64,000 bases of DNA from Chiloscyllium plagiosum (lineage: Eukaryota). Made by a program: the position numbers and the translations under genes. The notes under the pieces were generated by a model that saw only the letters and a list, made by a program, of their open reading frames with translations, was not told the DNA's origin and made no database searches. The stretch lies in contig NC_057718.1 in assembly GCF_004010195.1 (NCBI RefSeq), positions 60,258,137-60,322,136 on the forward strand, written 5' to 3'. This document shows, piece by piece, positions 1 to 12,867 of this stretch (positions are counted from its first letter, which is position 1; every line of letters begins with the position of its first letter).

Positions 1-383
1 TACAGTGCGGAAGGAGTCCATTCAGCTTTTATGTCTGCACTGGCTCTCTTCATATGAACTTGACATTTTCTGTGTTTACTCGTTCTCTTACAAATTGTTT
101 CTATTTAAATAGTCATCCAATGCCTCTTGAAATGTCTCGTTGAATCTACCTCCACAACATGTTTAGGCAGTGCATTCAATACCCTAATTACTTGCTGACT
201 GGACAATTTTTTTTTCTCACCACACATTTGCTTCTTTTGGAAACTACATTAAAACAGGACACTGTGGTTCATGATCTGTTTATGAATGGGAACAGTTTCT
301 CCCTATTCACTCTGTCTTCCTTCCCACCTGATTTTGAAAATTATCAAATTTCCTGTGAGCCTTCACCTCTCCAAAGAAGTTCA

Positions 384-540
384 GAGTCAGAGAGTCAGAG
401 AATCACATGGCACAGAAACAGACCATTTGGCCCAAAGCATCCATGACGACTGGGTTTCCCAAACATAACTAGTCCCATTTGCCTGTGTTTGGCCCATATG
501 CCTCTGAACCTTTCCTATTCATGAATCTATCCAATTGTCC
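384..540 (-). mobile_element. CR1 LINE 3' terminal fragment
   Basis: Short tandem tail (agagtcag)n plus acagaaacagaccatttggccc, resembling the 3' ends at 63372 and 11680-11727. Confidence 0.65.
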
Positions 541-787
541 TGAAATCTTTCCTCATAACCGAAGTGCATGCACTTGGAACCATTCTTATAGGTTTCCTCT
601 GCATTCTCTCCAATACACTCACATCCTTCCAAAAGCGCGGTGCCCAGAACTATACATAATCCTGCAGAAGAGGTCTTGTATAAGTTTGACATAACATTCC
701 TGCTCTTTGTACTCTGCCTGTATTTACAAAGCCTAGAATATTTTTTGCTTTATTAACACCTCTCTCCATTTGTCCTTTTAATCAACT

Positions 788-999
788 AGGAGAAAGTGAA
801 GACTGCAGATACTGGAGATCAGAGTCACAAAGTGTGGTGCTGGAAAAGCACAGCAAGTCCGGATGCATCTGAGGATGAGGAGAGTCGACATTTCGAGCAT
901 GAGCTCTTCATCCTGATGAAAAGCTCATGATTGAAACATCAACTCTCCTGCTCCTCAGATGCTGCTTGACCGGCTGTGCTTTTCCAGCACCACACTTTG
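788..999. mobile_element. Penelope-derived palindromic insertion (family A) with degenerate hammerhead core
   Basis: Inverted arms (aaagtgtggtgctggaaaagcacagc / gctgtgcttttccagcaccacacttt) meet next to CTGATGA at 913-919; short flanking repeat caact. Confidence 0.75.
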
Positions 1000-2774
1000 C
1001 AACTGTGCCACTTTTAATGCTTTAACACATACACACAGGTCTCAATGCTCCTGCATATCGTTTAGAATTGTACCCTTTGTTTTGTCTGTTACTCTGTATT
1101 CTTTGCACCAAAGTGTACTATATCACATTTCTCTGTGTGGAAATATATCTGCTAAATCTGCATCCATTCCATCAATGTGTAAATGTCCTTTAAGAGGTTT
1201 TACATTTTCCTCCTCACAGTTTCCAAAATTTTGTGTCATCTGCAAACTATGAAACTTCCCTCTGAACACCAAAATCTAGATTATTCATAAATATAAAAAG
1301 AAATTACTCTAAGCATGACTCCTGGGCAACTCATTATAAACCTTCTTGAAGTCCAAAAATACACATTAGCCATCACTCCTATTTCTTATCCCTTACCCAA
1401 TTTTGTATCCATAGTGCTTCAGTTCCTTACTTCACAAGCCTGTTGTGTGAAACTATATTGCATACCTTTTGGAAGTCCATGTACACTGCATCAACAACCT
1501 TCACTCCAACTATGTTATTAGCTCTACCAACAACTCCAGCGGGTTGGTTGACTCCCTTAACAAATCCATGCTGATTCTTCTGAATCAATCCACTTATTTG
1601 CGTATGACCATTAATTCTATCCCAATAATTGTTTCTAGAGGTTTCCTTATAAGTTAAACTGGTCTGCAATTGCTGGGCTGATCTTTGTAACCTCTTTTTA
1701 TCTGAACAAGAGCACAGTGTTTGCAATTCTCCAATCCTCTGGCAACATCCTCCATTCCGGAAATAATTGTTAGTGCCTCTGTAATTTACATTCTCATTTC
1801 CTTCAATATCATTGGATATGTCACATTTGGTCCACGAGTCGTATCAATTTTATGACCTAATATCTCCTCCTTAACAATTTTAAGTCCTTCTCATGACTAC
1901 ATTTTCTCTTCTGGTCTTGGGAGAATCTGCCTGGTAGGTAAAAAGACAGATGTAACACCCAGCCATCCCTCTTGCCTCTAAGTGTAAGTACCCCTAATCA
2001 GGCTTACTCCTATTTTACCATCCTTGTACTATTGATGTACTTATAGAAGATTTTAAGATTTCCTTTTATGCTGGCTGCCAGTCTTTATTCATAATCGCTC
2101 TTAGCTTCCCATATTTGCTTTTCCACTTCACTTCCAAACTTTCTGTACTCAGTTTGATTCTCAAATTTACTTATGACTTGACAACTGTCATAAGCATGAT
2201 TAAATTCTTTCTCCTTTATTATCCAGGGAGCTCTGGATTTGTTTGTTCTACATTTGCATTTAAGCCAATATATCTTGATTGTGCCCATTTAATCTTCTCT
2301 TTGAAGTAATCCATTGTTCAGCTATTACTTTTTCCACCAACCTTTGGTTCCAAGCTATCAAGCTAAAACTTATCCTTGCCTCATTGAAGTCTGCTGTCCA
2401 CCAGCTGACTATTCTTACTCTGGATTAATGAACCAATGTCATTTTCTACCATTGTTCTAAAGCTTATGATGCAGTGATCACTGTCCCCTACAGCTTCTCC
2501 TACAGACGCTCTATTCACTTGCACCAGGTCTAGCAGTGCCTCTCTACTTGTTGACTCAACACATATCACTATTGAAAATTTGCTTGAACGCAATCTAAGG
2601 CTGCTTGTCCCTCACTGGCCTATAAATTACCACAAATGTTATCAACAAATGGGTAATTAAAATTCCCCATTAGAATAAGTCAATGATGTTAATTTCTCTC
2701 TGTAATTTTCCTGCAGACTTGTTCTTCTGCATTCTTCCCAAGAATGGGTGTTCTAGATGTCACACCCACCAACT

Positions 2775-3078
2775 GGGGCAGCACAGTGGCTCAGTGCTTA
2801 ACACTGCTGCCTCACAGCATCTGGGACCTGGGTTCGATTCTATCCTTGGGTGACTGTCTATGTGGGATTTGCACATTCTCCCCATGTCTGTGTGGGCTTC
2901 TTTTGTGTGCTCAGGTTTCCTTTCACAATCCAACGATGTGCAGGCTAGGTGGATTGGCCTTGGGAACTAAACATTTAGAAAGATAAGGTAGGGGTTTGGG
3001 TCTAGGTGAGATGCTGTTAGGAGGGTTAGTGTGGACTTAAAGAGCCAACTGGCCTGCTTTACAATGTAGGGATTCAAT
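2775..3078 (+). mobile_element. tRNA-derived V-SINE (HE1-like)
   Basis: A-box tggctcagtg, B-box ggttcgattc, V-domain tttgcacattctccccatgtctgtgtggg, CR1-like tail. Confidence 0.85.
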
Positions 3079-3587
3079 GTGAATCCTTAGCTCCAGCCAA
3101 ATCAATTTTGTCTTTGAATCCTTAAAACATTTTCCTTCTGTAGTACTACAATGCTCCCCTTTACCAAAAAGCACCACCCCTCTTCCTTTTATCCTATTTC
3201 CTATATTTTCCAAAAACCTTGAAAGTAGGAATGTTTAACACACAGATCTACCCTTGCTTAAACCATCTCCATTATCACCACATCACCATACTCTCACAAG
3301 GCAAACTGTGACTGTAATTTTCCAATCTTATTAGCTATGCTTTGTTCACTCTCATAGATGAGGAGGAAATCTGATTTCTCAATTAATCCGATTCTCTATT
3401 TTAGTGCTATCTGCGTCACCCAGTATTTTGTGCTTCCTGCTATTACTTCCCAATATTCTCTGCTGGTCCTGTTAAGTTAGGTTAAACCCTCCCCAACGGC
3501 ACTAGCAAAAAAGCCCTGCAAGGAACTCAGTCCCAGCTCTGTTCACATGCAATCCATCTATGCCATGACCAATAAAGTTAATCCTAT

Positions 3588-3850
3588 TCATAGTCATACG
3601 GTCATGCAATGCAGAAGAAGCCCTTCAGCCCATTGAATCTGTATCAATCTATTTGCACTGATCCCACTTTCCAGCACTTGGGCTTTGGTGTTAAATGTTA
3701 TGATATTTCAAGAGCTTATCCACATACTTTTTAAATGTAGATGTAGGGGAATGTGCATTTTTCAGGGGTAAATATAGGGTAGGTTGCTCTTCAGAGGGTC
3801 GGTATGAAGTTGTTGGGCCAAAAGATTGGTTTCCATACTGCAGGGAATCG
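3588..3850. mobile_element. CR1 3' end (minus) joined head-to-head to a V-SINE 3' half (plus)
   Basis: catagtcatac..gaagcccttcagcccatt (reverse CR1 tail) followed by ctcttcagagggtcggt..gggccaaa..tttccatactgcagggaatc (SINE tail). Confidence 0.6.
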
Positions 3851-4139
3851 AATAAGCATTAAACTTGTTGATTAAATGGTGATCAAATCAGAACATAATC
3901 ATTTTTTATGATATGCGTGAGTGAATGGTTAAACGTGGTAGGATTTTAGCCCAGATTGAGCAGTTTTAGTATGCAAACTTTCAGAGCCATACAAGAACTT
4001 GTGTCAAATATTGAGACCAAAATTATTATAAATTTGCACTGATAACTGTTCATCATGTTTGGAATTTCTTTTGGTGTTGTATACTTTTGATTGTAAAGCT
4101 GATTCTTTTTTTCATACAAAAAACAAACTCGCAACACAA

Positions 4140-4810
4140 TAGCACTTTAAACAAATGCAAGATAATTTAATTTGCATATAGTTAATTAAGTGACCCTCAG
4201 TGATGATTGCAGAAAAGGATCTTAATAAGCAGATCAAGTTCAGCCAGCATGACTAAAAAGATTTTCCATAACTGATCTGCTATTGGCATTCAATACATGC
4301 CATCTGATCGAGCTCACTTGTCCAGTTTTAAAACATTTAGCACCTAATGTGATCATGCAGTTGGAGGTGGATTAATTATATTAACTTTATTTAAAATAAG
4401 AGGTATTAATATCAATTGCACAGTTGTTTGCAACTGTGTGTTGTTAATACAAAGTGGCTATGGAGATGTCTCTTTCCAGGAATTAACAAATGCAATTTAT
4501 AAGGAATGTTAACTCGGAATTTAATGCATTGCGGGCAGCGGCCAAATTGATTAAATAATAATTAGAGCAGATTTCAAGGGAAAGGTTTGTCAAGACGGCA
4601 ACAGAATATAAAATTAGATTCAAAAACACTGGCAATTGCCAATATGAAAATGAAAGTATAAGCATATCTGTAAAATGATAGCTCAGCTATTAACCCGAGT
4701 GTATTTATATTAGTGTTTCTCCCTGGTGTTAAAGCAAAAGCTAAGATTGAGGAAATGTTAATCCTTTTGATGAAGAGCCCCATTTGAAATATTAAGCTAG
4801 TCTCTCTTGT
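4140..4810. promoter_or_regulatory. Candidate conserved non-coding element / enhancer
   Basis: Non-repetitive, rich in TAAT/ATTA; octamer ATTTGCAT near 4170; CpGs retained in gcattgcgggcagcggcc; conservation not tested. Confidence 0.4.
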
Positions 4811-5640
4811 GGATGCTGATTTCTCCTTTGAATTTCCAGCATATTTTCGTTTAGTAACCAGCATTTTCCTTTAACTTCTAATCTGAACACCTTTGAGAAT
4901 TTCAGTTAAGTGTGAGAAAGAAATGCAATCATTGCAAGGAAATATTGGGTATGAATTGAGGCAAGTCTTGAGGTTTGGAGTGGGAATGTGATGCTGGGGC
5001 ATAATCTTGTATTGAGTGGTTGGGCAAAACAGATCGTGGTGACAATGGAGGAAGGCTGGGTATAAGAAATATTCTTGCCTCTATATTTACTTGCACTCCA
5101 CGCATGTTTGGGGAAAAGTCAGTCAACACCCAGGTGTGCTGCTTATGGTACCCAAATACCTAATGCCCATTCATTGCATTGCAGGCAGCAGGTTAAATTG
5201 ACACTGCCTACTCTTTCAAATGATTGCTTCAGGTAGTGAGAGCTCCTCATGCCTTTTCATGATTACATACTTTTGAAGGGAGCCCAACATCATGAGTGGC
5301 CAGGCTAAACATAAAAAAGTAAGAAATGAGAGCAGGATTAAACTTGTTCTGCCATTCAATGCAATCATGTTTGATCTTCTGCCTCAAATCCATTTTCCTG
5401 CCCACTCTCCATATTCTTTAAATCTAGTTATCCTCACCTTCATATTCTATCCAGAATCCAATGGCATTGAGAATTCAAAAGCTTCACCATCTGAAAAGAA
5501 GAAATTTCCTCTGAGCTCAGTCCTAAATAGTTCTGGTTCAGGTGGAAGGATAAAACTGGCAACCTGCCTGTCTTCTAACTTCTTGTTGAGCTTATTAAAT
5601 TATTTTAATCAAATGTTCAGAAATGTTATGATACATGTTA

Positions 5641-5898
5641 TCCCGCCTCAGGCGACTGACTGTGTGGAGTTTGCACGTTCTCCCCGTGTCTGCGTGGGTT
5701 TCCTCCGGGTGCTCCGGTTTCCTCCCACAGTCCAAAAGATGTGCAGGGTCAGGTGAATTGGCCATGCTAAATTGCCCGTAGTGTGAGGTAAGGGGTAAAT
5801 GTAGGGGTATGGGTGGGTTTCGCTTCGGCGGGTCGGTGTGGACTTGTTGGGCCGAAGGGCCTGTTTCTACACTGTAATGTAATCTAATCTAATCTAAT
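5641..5898 (+). mobile_element. Young 5'-truncated V-SINE (HE1-like) with (AATCT)n tail
   Basis: Intact V-domain tgtgtggagtttgcacgttctccccgtgtctgcgtgggtttcctccgggtgctccgg; CpGs retained; tail gggccgaagggcctgtttc..(aatct)n. Confidence 0.9.
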
Positions 5899-6825
5899 GT
5901 CTTGGACAGATGGGTTTCAAACCAAGACCTTCTGATTCAGAAGTAGGGAGACTACTTCTGCATCGCAAGAGTCCTTTGAGCTCACAGTACACTTGTTAAC
6001 ATATGAGAAGCAGCAGTTTGGATTTTACAAATGGCAAGGTCATTGAACCAGAGCATCTGCAAAACATTTGAACCTAGCTGTCAGTAGCACAACAGGGAGC
6101 CATTAGTGCTCCTGACTGCAGTGTGAAAGAGTTGTATGAAAAGGAAGATTTAAACTCCGTTGTTTATGCAATGACACAGACTTCCCATTGCAAGGTTTGG
6201 TTTTGTGAGGAGAGAATGTTTGCATTCTTGAGCAGAATGAGGCAGTTGACATCTGTGGCATAGTCTGTGTACTGTGTCTACTTGTTCTGGCACTTGTTCT
6301 TCCAACTAAATGGCAGAGCATTGCTCTCCTGTTTTATGCAGCCTGGGCAGAGACAGAAATGAATGTGGGGCACTAGAAGGCCAGATTATCATTGGCACTT
6401 TACATTCCTATACTCAACCAATTCCAAAGACAATGGCAAGCCCATTCATGGTTACTCTCTGTCTTTGAAACTATCCCTGAATGCCTACCACCTGCCTCCT
6501 GCTCATGTCCAAAGGCTCTGGCAGACACTTGGAAAATTGTGTTTCCTCACTGATACTCTGTAGTGCAGGGTTGGGAATTGTTCTTGTGCTGAGATGGTAT
6601 GAAAGTTTGTATCATCTGAATTAATGCAATGGAGAAACAGAGAACAGACTGCAACTTTATAGGGTGTGATGTGTTAAAGGATCTGAAGGAGCTAGTGAAC
6701 CTCAAGTGAATAATTTGTTAATAGCCTATTCACATAAATGGAGACAAATAAATCACAGAATAGAAGTGAAGGCTCGAAGGTGGGATGTGTGTGATGAGAG
6801 AATAATAGCAATTTGAAACACAGTT

Positions 6826-6986
6826 TTAGATTAGATTCCCTACAGCATGGAAACAGGCCCTTCGGCCCAACAAATCCAACCTCCGAAGAGTAATCCACCC
6901 AGACACATTTCCTACTGACTAATGCACCGAACACTACAGGCAATTTAGAATGGCCTAGTATCCTGACCTGCACAGCGTTGGACTGT
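6826..6986 (-). mobile_element. V-SINE 3' fragment
   Basis: ttagattagattccctacagcatggaaacaggcccttcggccc is the reverse complement of the SINE tail. Confidence 0.8.
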
Positions 6987-7782
6987 TGATGAAAGTTTCC
7001 ACTTTGTGGTGAGGGCAGGAACAGCTTTTAATAAGTGAAGCATAGAAACTGAAATAGCCAATATTATGCTGACAGTTCTCAGTAAAAAATCAAAACAGGA
7101 TAAGTTAGCTCTAGGTGGAAGGAGAATCACTAGTGATGGGTGTGAAAGCAGCCAGTGAGCAGCAGTGGGCAATATGTTGATTAATTTGGGGCTGCAATTA
7201 TGGCTGCAATGGTTGACAGATGTCAGTCACAGTCTCTTTTAAGAAACCAATAGATCTCAGGCATTCATTCTTATTGAAGTTGAAGAGAAGGAATTTTCCT
7301 CCTCAAAGATCTTTCTGCTGTGGGCTTTTCTTCCTTACCTCCCTCTTCCAAAACTTGACCTGTTTTGTGTGAACTCTGTTCATTCTTCCACTCATGGTCA
7401 ATTCCAAGAAGGTTGACTAGTAGGCCACACATGCCCAGAAGCAACTAGTTTCAGCATAAACTTTTAAATCAACAATAAATTACCACTGTGCAATCCTAAT
7501 CACTCCTGTAGACAAGTCAAACTTTAGTCAAGTAAAGAAATGCTCAATAAACACATCCAATTGCACCAAAACCAGAAGCTATAATCTGGCAATTAACCTG
7601 ATCCCTTTAATTAGCTTTGATCAGAGTCTATCATTCCATTTAATATGTGATCTGTCATGCAAAGTTAAGATAAATTGTGAAATGGAACATGGAGATTGAA
7701 AATGACAATGCTGCTGCTAATTCAGGATTGCAGACAGATTAACATCATAATCCATTTGCTTTGCATGATGCTGGCAATATAT

Positions 7783-8128
7783 TGAATCCCTACAGTGTGG
7801 AAGCAGACCACTTCATCCACTGAGTCTACACTGATATTCTGAAGAGCATCCCACCTGGACTCACCACCCTACCTTATCCCTGTAACGTTGCATTTCCCAT
7901 GGTTAATCCACCTAACCCACACATCCCTGGACACTATGGGTAATTTGGAATGGCCAATCCACCTAATTTACAGATCTTTGGACTATGGGAAGTAACTGAA
8001 GCACACGAAGGAAACTCACGTTGACATGGGGAGAATGTGCAAACTCCCCACAATTGCCTGAGGGCGGAATCAAACCTGAGTCATTGTTGCTGTGAAACAG
8101 AAGTACCAGCTACTGAGCCACCATGCTG
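7783..8128 (-). mobile_element. V-SINE (HE1-like), near full length
   Basis: Reverse V-domain gacatggggagaatgtgcaaactcc and reverse tRNA head actgagccaccatgctgc. Confidence 0.85.
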
Positions 8129-10845
8129 CGAATTATGAGAAGTGTCTGCAAACCCATTCACCAAGAAGGTGTCTGGTGCGCTTCTCATTGCAAACGTCTG
8201 TGTGTATCTTGGACAAGTTTGAATGTTAGGAAGGCAGGCAGCACTGAAAAGATAAGAGCACAACCCAATTACTCCCCACCTATGCATTATGACAAAAATA
8301 TCTCATTAATATTTGTATATTACGTGTGAACTATGTTCAGTGGTGCCACAATTGCACTTTCTCCGATTTGTAAAAATTGGATAAGATTGCAGATATTGGA
8401 AATTGTTTTGTTTGCTGACAACAGATCAAGTTAATAAAAACAACAGATGAAGTCAGTTATGACTCTAATGGCCTTTAGAACTGTTATCCTAAGAATTTAA
8501 TTTTAATTTGTAAACCTTTCCTTAACATCAAGTACAAAACAGCTTGAATTATCAAGAAGTTAGACTTAAAAGGAATGTTTAAGATGCCTTTGGATGTGCA
8601 GTCTTTATCATGGCTTATTTTGCATTTATTTGAGTAGTTTTATAAAATAATTGAGGCGATTTTTGTATTTGTTGTATATCAGGCAGGGGATTAACACTGG
8701 CATCCACTCTGCCTGACTGATGATGCAAGTGCAAGTCCCCATTAATTGTTGTGGTTTAATCTCATTTCAATTCAACCAGCATATTGTCATTGCTCAATAT
8801 TAAGGAGGACTAGAAATCTCTCAGAACTGATGCCACTTAAAGACATCCCAATACCACCTACAAGGGAACAACATCTTGCAAACAGAAAGAGGTTAATAGA
8901 GAGTGTAATATTGAGACAGTTGATAGAATATGTTGCAACAATGGGTCAGAACTCTGAAATATTGTGAACATTTTTAACTTATAGTTGCAAAATGTGTTTT
9001 TATTTTAAAGAGGGCTGAAATAGCTGAAAATGTCTGCAAATGTAAATCAAATGGTTGCTTGGAGGGACAGACTCACAGAAAGACACATTTGAAAAAAGGT
9101 TCAATCAATATCTATTCAAAAGGTGGGATGGGTGGTGGTGAATGTGAAGAGGCATGTCAGTAGATTGTGATCTCTTGTGTTTATAAGGGTAAAAAGGTGC
9201 TGGTGACCTTGTTCAACAACAAGCCACATCCTGCAAATTATGTTACAAACTACAGACTAAATAATCTTAATCTCTTTGAGGAATATACAAGGACAGGGGT
9301 TAAAAGGCCTGTTTCAACTCTACTGGAGTGTGGTACCAGGATTGCTGCAAAGGTCACAGTCAAAGAACTATCCTTCGTAACCCCAATGTTGCAGGTAAAG
9401 ACACTCTTTTACTCTAAGTGCTACAAAATAGTTAAAGAAAGGAGTTAAAATTACAGATTCTCAACCAATCTGCAAAACTAAAGATCAAGAAACTGTCTAT
9501 TCAACTGCGAATGTCAATGCAATTTCCATTTTAACAAATGCAGCATTTAAACATCTATATTTCACAAACAATTCTGAGTTTGATCTGCACATCTACTTTT
9601 TCAACTTAGACTCACCTTTCACTCGTAATATTTCTGTTTATGTGGAGTGATATTAATTCTTTTCCTGTCTAGTAATTAATAAATCTACCCTTTATTAACT
9701 CAAGAAAGCTTGGTAAAATTGTGGATCTCGGAGAAAGGTATCCACAAGCAAATGGTTCTATTTTAATTTAATCTTGTTGCGATTAGTCAAGGGACAGGTG
9801 AATAAAATTATGGAGCCAGTTTACCACTCCTCATTCAGGAACTTAACCAATTAGGTATCCCATATGGAACTATAACAAATTGGGGAACTTCATTAGAGAT
9901 CTGCGTGTAACACATCATCTTTCAAGACCCTTCAGTTCTTCAGTCCAGACATGTCAATTTTTTGGAGCAAAGCGATCCAATCCTCCTTTGATTAGAAATG
10001 GTACTTCAGAAAATTATTCAATAGAATGTCTTTGCAGATCAATGGGCAATTTAAGAAGATAGGACCACAAGAGGCCATTCAGCCCCTTGAAATGTTCTGT
10101 CACTCAATGAGATCATGGCTGATTTGTAGGCTAACTCTATAAACCAGCCTTTGGCCTATACCCCTTAGGATCTTTGGTTAACAAGAATGTATTTTTCTCA
10201 GATTTCAAATTAACAACTGATCCAGCATCCACAGCCTTTTATGGAAGAGTGTTCCATTTACCACTCTTTTTGTGTAGAAATCCTCTCTAACACCTCTGCC
10301 TAATGGTCTGGCCTTAATGTTTAGACCATGTCCCCTAGTTCTAGAATCCCCAACCAATGGAAATTGTTTATTGTTGTCTATCTTTTCCAGTTAATGTATT
10401 GAAGACCTGGATCAAATCACCCTTAACCTTCTAAGTTCTGGAGAAAACAGGTCTAATTTGTATGATCTCTCTCATAACTCTAAATTCCAGATGTCATTCT
10501 TGTAAACTTGCATTGTATTCCCTCTAAGGCCAATATATCAAGTCTTGGAATTTGTCACACTTTAAATCCATTAATTTCCTCATTGTCAATGTTTTACTTA
10601 TGTCAATTTTGTCCGGTTACTGTTCTGAATCCATTATTAATATCTTTAGGATTTCTGGTATGCTATCCTCCTTATCTCCTGTAAATACTGAGGCAGAGTA
10701 ATTATTCAACATAAAAACCAAAAGAACTGTGGATGCTATAAATCAGAAACAAAAGCAGAAGTTGCTGAAAAAGCTCAATAGGTCTGGCAGCATTTGTGCA
10801 GAGAAATCAGAGTTAATGTTTCAGGTCCAGTCCCAGAGTATTTAA

Positions 10846-11110
10846 ATTAGATTCCCTACAGTATGGAAACAAGCCCACACCAACTCTCCGAAGACTAACT
10901 TGCCCAGACCCATTCTCCTACATTCACCCCTGATACTATGGGTACTTTAGCATGGCCAATTCACCTGAACATCACACCTTTAGATTGCAGGAGGAAATCC
11001 ACGCAGACAAAGGGAGAATATGCACACAGGCGGTTGCCCAAAGTGGGATTTGAACCTGGGTCCCTGGCAGTGTGAGGTGGCAGTGCTGGCCATCGATCTA
11101 CCATGCTGCC
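10846..11110 (-). mobile_element. V-SINE (HE1-like)
   Basis: Reverse tail attagattccctacagtatggaaac; reverse B-box tttgaacctgggtccctggcagtgtgagg. Confidence 0.85.
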
Positions 11111-11114
11111 AAAA

Positions 11115-11727
11115 TATTGGGTTATAAGAGTTCGGAGGTCATGTTGTGGCTGTACAGGACGTCGGTTAGACAACTTTTGGGGTAGTGCATGCAATTCTGG
11201 TCTCTTGCTTCTCAGAAGGATATTGTGAAACTTGAAAGGATTCAGAAAGGATTTACAAGGATGTTGCCAGGATTGGAGGGTTTGAGCTATAGGGCGAGGC
11301 TGAATAGGCTGGAGCTGTTTTCCCTGGAGTGTTGGAGGCTGAGGGGTGACTTTATAGAGGTTTATAAAATCATGAGGGGCATTGATAGGGTAAATGGACA
11401 AAGTCTTTTCCCTGGGGTGGGTGAGTCCAGAACCAGAGGGCATAGGTTTAGAATGAGAGGGGAAAGATATAAAAGGGACTTAAGAAGGCAACCTTTTCAT
11501 GCAGAAGGTGGTGCGCATATGGAATGAAAGGCCAAAGGGAGTGGTGGAGGCTGGTACAATTGCAACATTTAAAAGATATCTCAATGGATATATGAATAGG
11601 AAGGGTTTGGTGGGTTATGGGCCAAATGCTGGCATATGGGACGACATTAGGTTGGGATATCTGGTTGGCATGGGCAAGTAGGACCGAAGGGTCTGTTTCC
11701 GTGCTGTACATCTTTGTGACTCCATGA
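11115..11727 (+). mobile_element. CR1/HER1-like LINE 3' fragment
   Basis: QFWS..KDIVKLERIQKGFTRMLPGLEGLSY..RLRGDFIEVYK..SRTRGH..WNE (RT C-terminus) and 3' tail ggaccgaagggtctgtttcc. Confidence 0.92.
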
Positions 11728-12684
11728 CTTTATGACCCTTTCTTAGAACTGGTTTCCCAGGAAGGGTTACTGGATCTGAAATGTTAACTCTGATTTCTTT
11801 TTGCAAATGCTGCCAGACCTGCTGAGCTTTTCCAGCAACTTCTGTGACTATTCAACATGTCTGCCATTTACCCATAGTCATTGACAATATCCCCACTTTC
11901 AATCTTTAGGGGGTCAACATTGCTCCTGACAACTGGCTTTTCCTTTATGTCACTATAAAATTTCTTTTAATTGACTTGGATGTCACCGCATATTTTATTT
12001 CACCATCCCTTTTTGTTGCTCATAAAAGCTGCTTTGTGGCTTTTTGCTGGTCTTCGTATCTTTCCCATTCAATAGAATCTTGTGCTATTTGTTTTTACAT
12101 TTCTGTAAGCCCTTTCTTTTAGTTTTATCTTGTCCCCTATTTTCTTAGTGGTCCATGACTGATTTTTTTTTCTGTGAAGTGGAGCGTTTCCCTCCCAGGG
12201 ATATAAACTGATTTTATATTGTGTTAAATGTTTCTTTAAATACTCCCCCGCTGCTCAGTTGTTTTACACATGAGCATATTTTTCCAGTTTACTGTGGACA
12301 GTCTGTCTTATCTTGTTAATGACATCCTTACCTAAATTTAAAACTCCAATAGCTGATTCATGGTTTTCAATTTCAAATGCTACATTGAACCTGATCATGT
12401 TATGATCACTATTTGATGAATGTTCACGCATGATTAAGTTACTAATTACAACTGCTTCATTGATCAATACTTAATTCAATATTACATGTCCTCTTGTTAC
12501 ACACGGAACCTATTGCTATAGAAAACAAACCTGGACAAACTCCAGAAATTCACTATCTTTCGGATTGGTGCTTGTCTGCCTTTCCCAGTGTTAAAGCTAG
12601 AATTCCTACTGGCTTTGCCACACAAATGCCTAATTTCTGTATTTATACAATCTAACACTTCAGAACTGATATCAGGGATATATA

Positions 12685-12867
12685 AGGTAAAAACAATGAC
12701 TGCAGATGCTGGAAACCAGATTCTGGATCAGTGGTGCTGGAAGAGCACAGCAATTCAGGCAGCATCCGACGAGCAGCAAAATCGACGTTTCGGGCAAAAT
12801 GTCGATTTTGCTGCTCGTCAGATGCTGCCTGAACTGCTGTGCTCTTCCAGCACCACTGATCCAGAAC
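12685..12867. mobile_element. Penelope-derived palindrome (family A), ribozyme core deleted
   Basis: Near-perfect about 70-bp inverted arms spanning 12721-12866; TSD caggg(a/g)tatata at 12673-12684 and 12868-12879. Confidence 0.8.

Larger units (their letters stand above)
1..3560 (-). mobile_element. Old, fragmented CR1-clade LINE (ORF2 endonuclease/RT remnants), interrupted by younger insertions
   Basis: Minus-strand ORF remnants QHGFVKG..VDAVYMDFQK..VSHNRLVK (1427-1726), RAPWI (2085-2288) and EALLDLV..VGDSDHCIISF (2381-2593) are CR1 ORF2 motifs; many stops. Confidence 0.8.
10713..11848. mobile_element. Penelope-derived palindrome (family C) split by SINE and LINE insertions
   Basis: Arms 10713-10831 and about 11732-11848 are inverted copies; 10-bp TSD tattcaacat at 10703-10712 and 11849-11858. 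Confidence 0.75.

Noticed and set aside
2775..2850. tRNA genes at A/B-box motifs
   Set aside because: They are SINE heads followed by V-domain or family cores, with no complete cloverleaf
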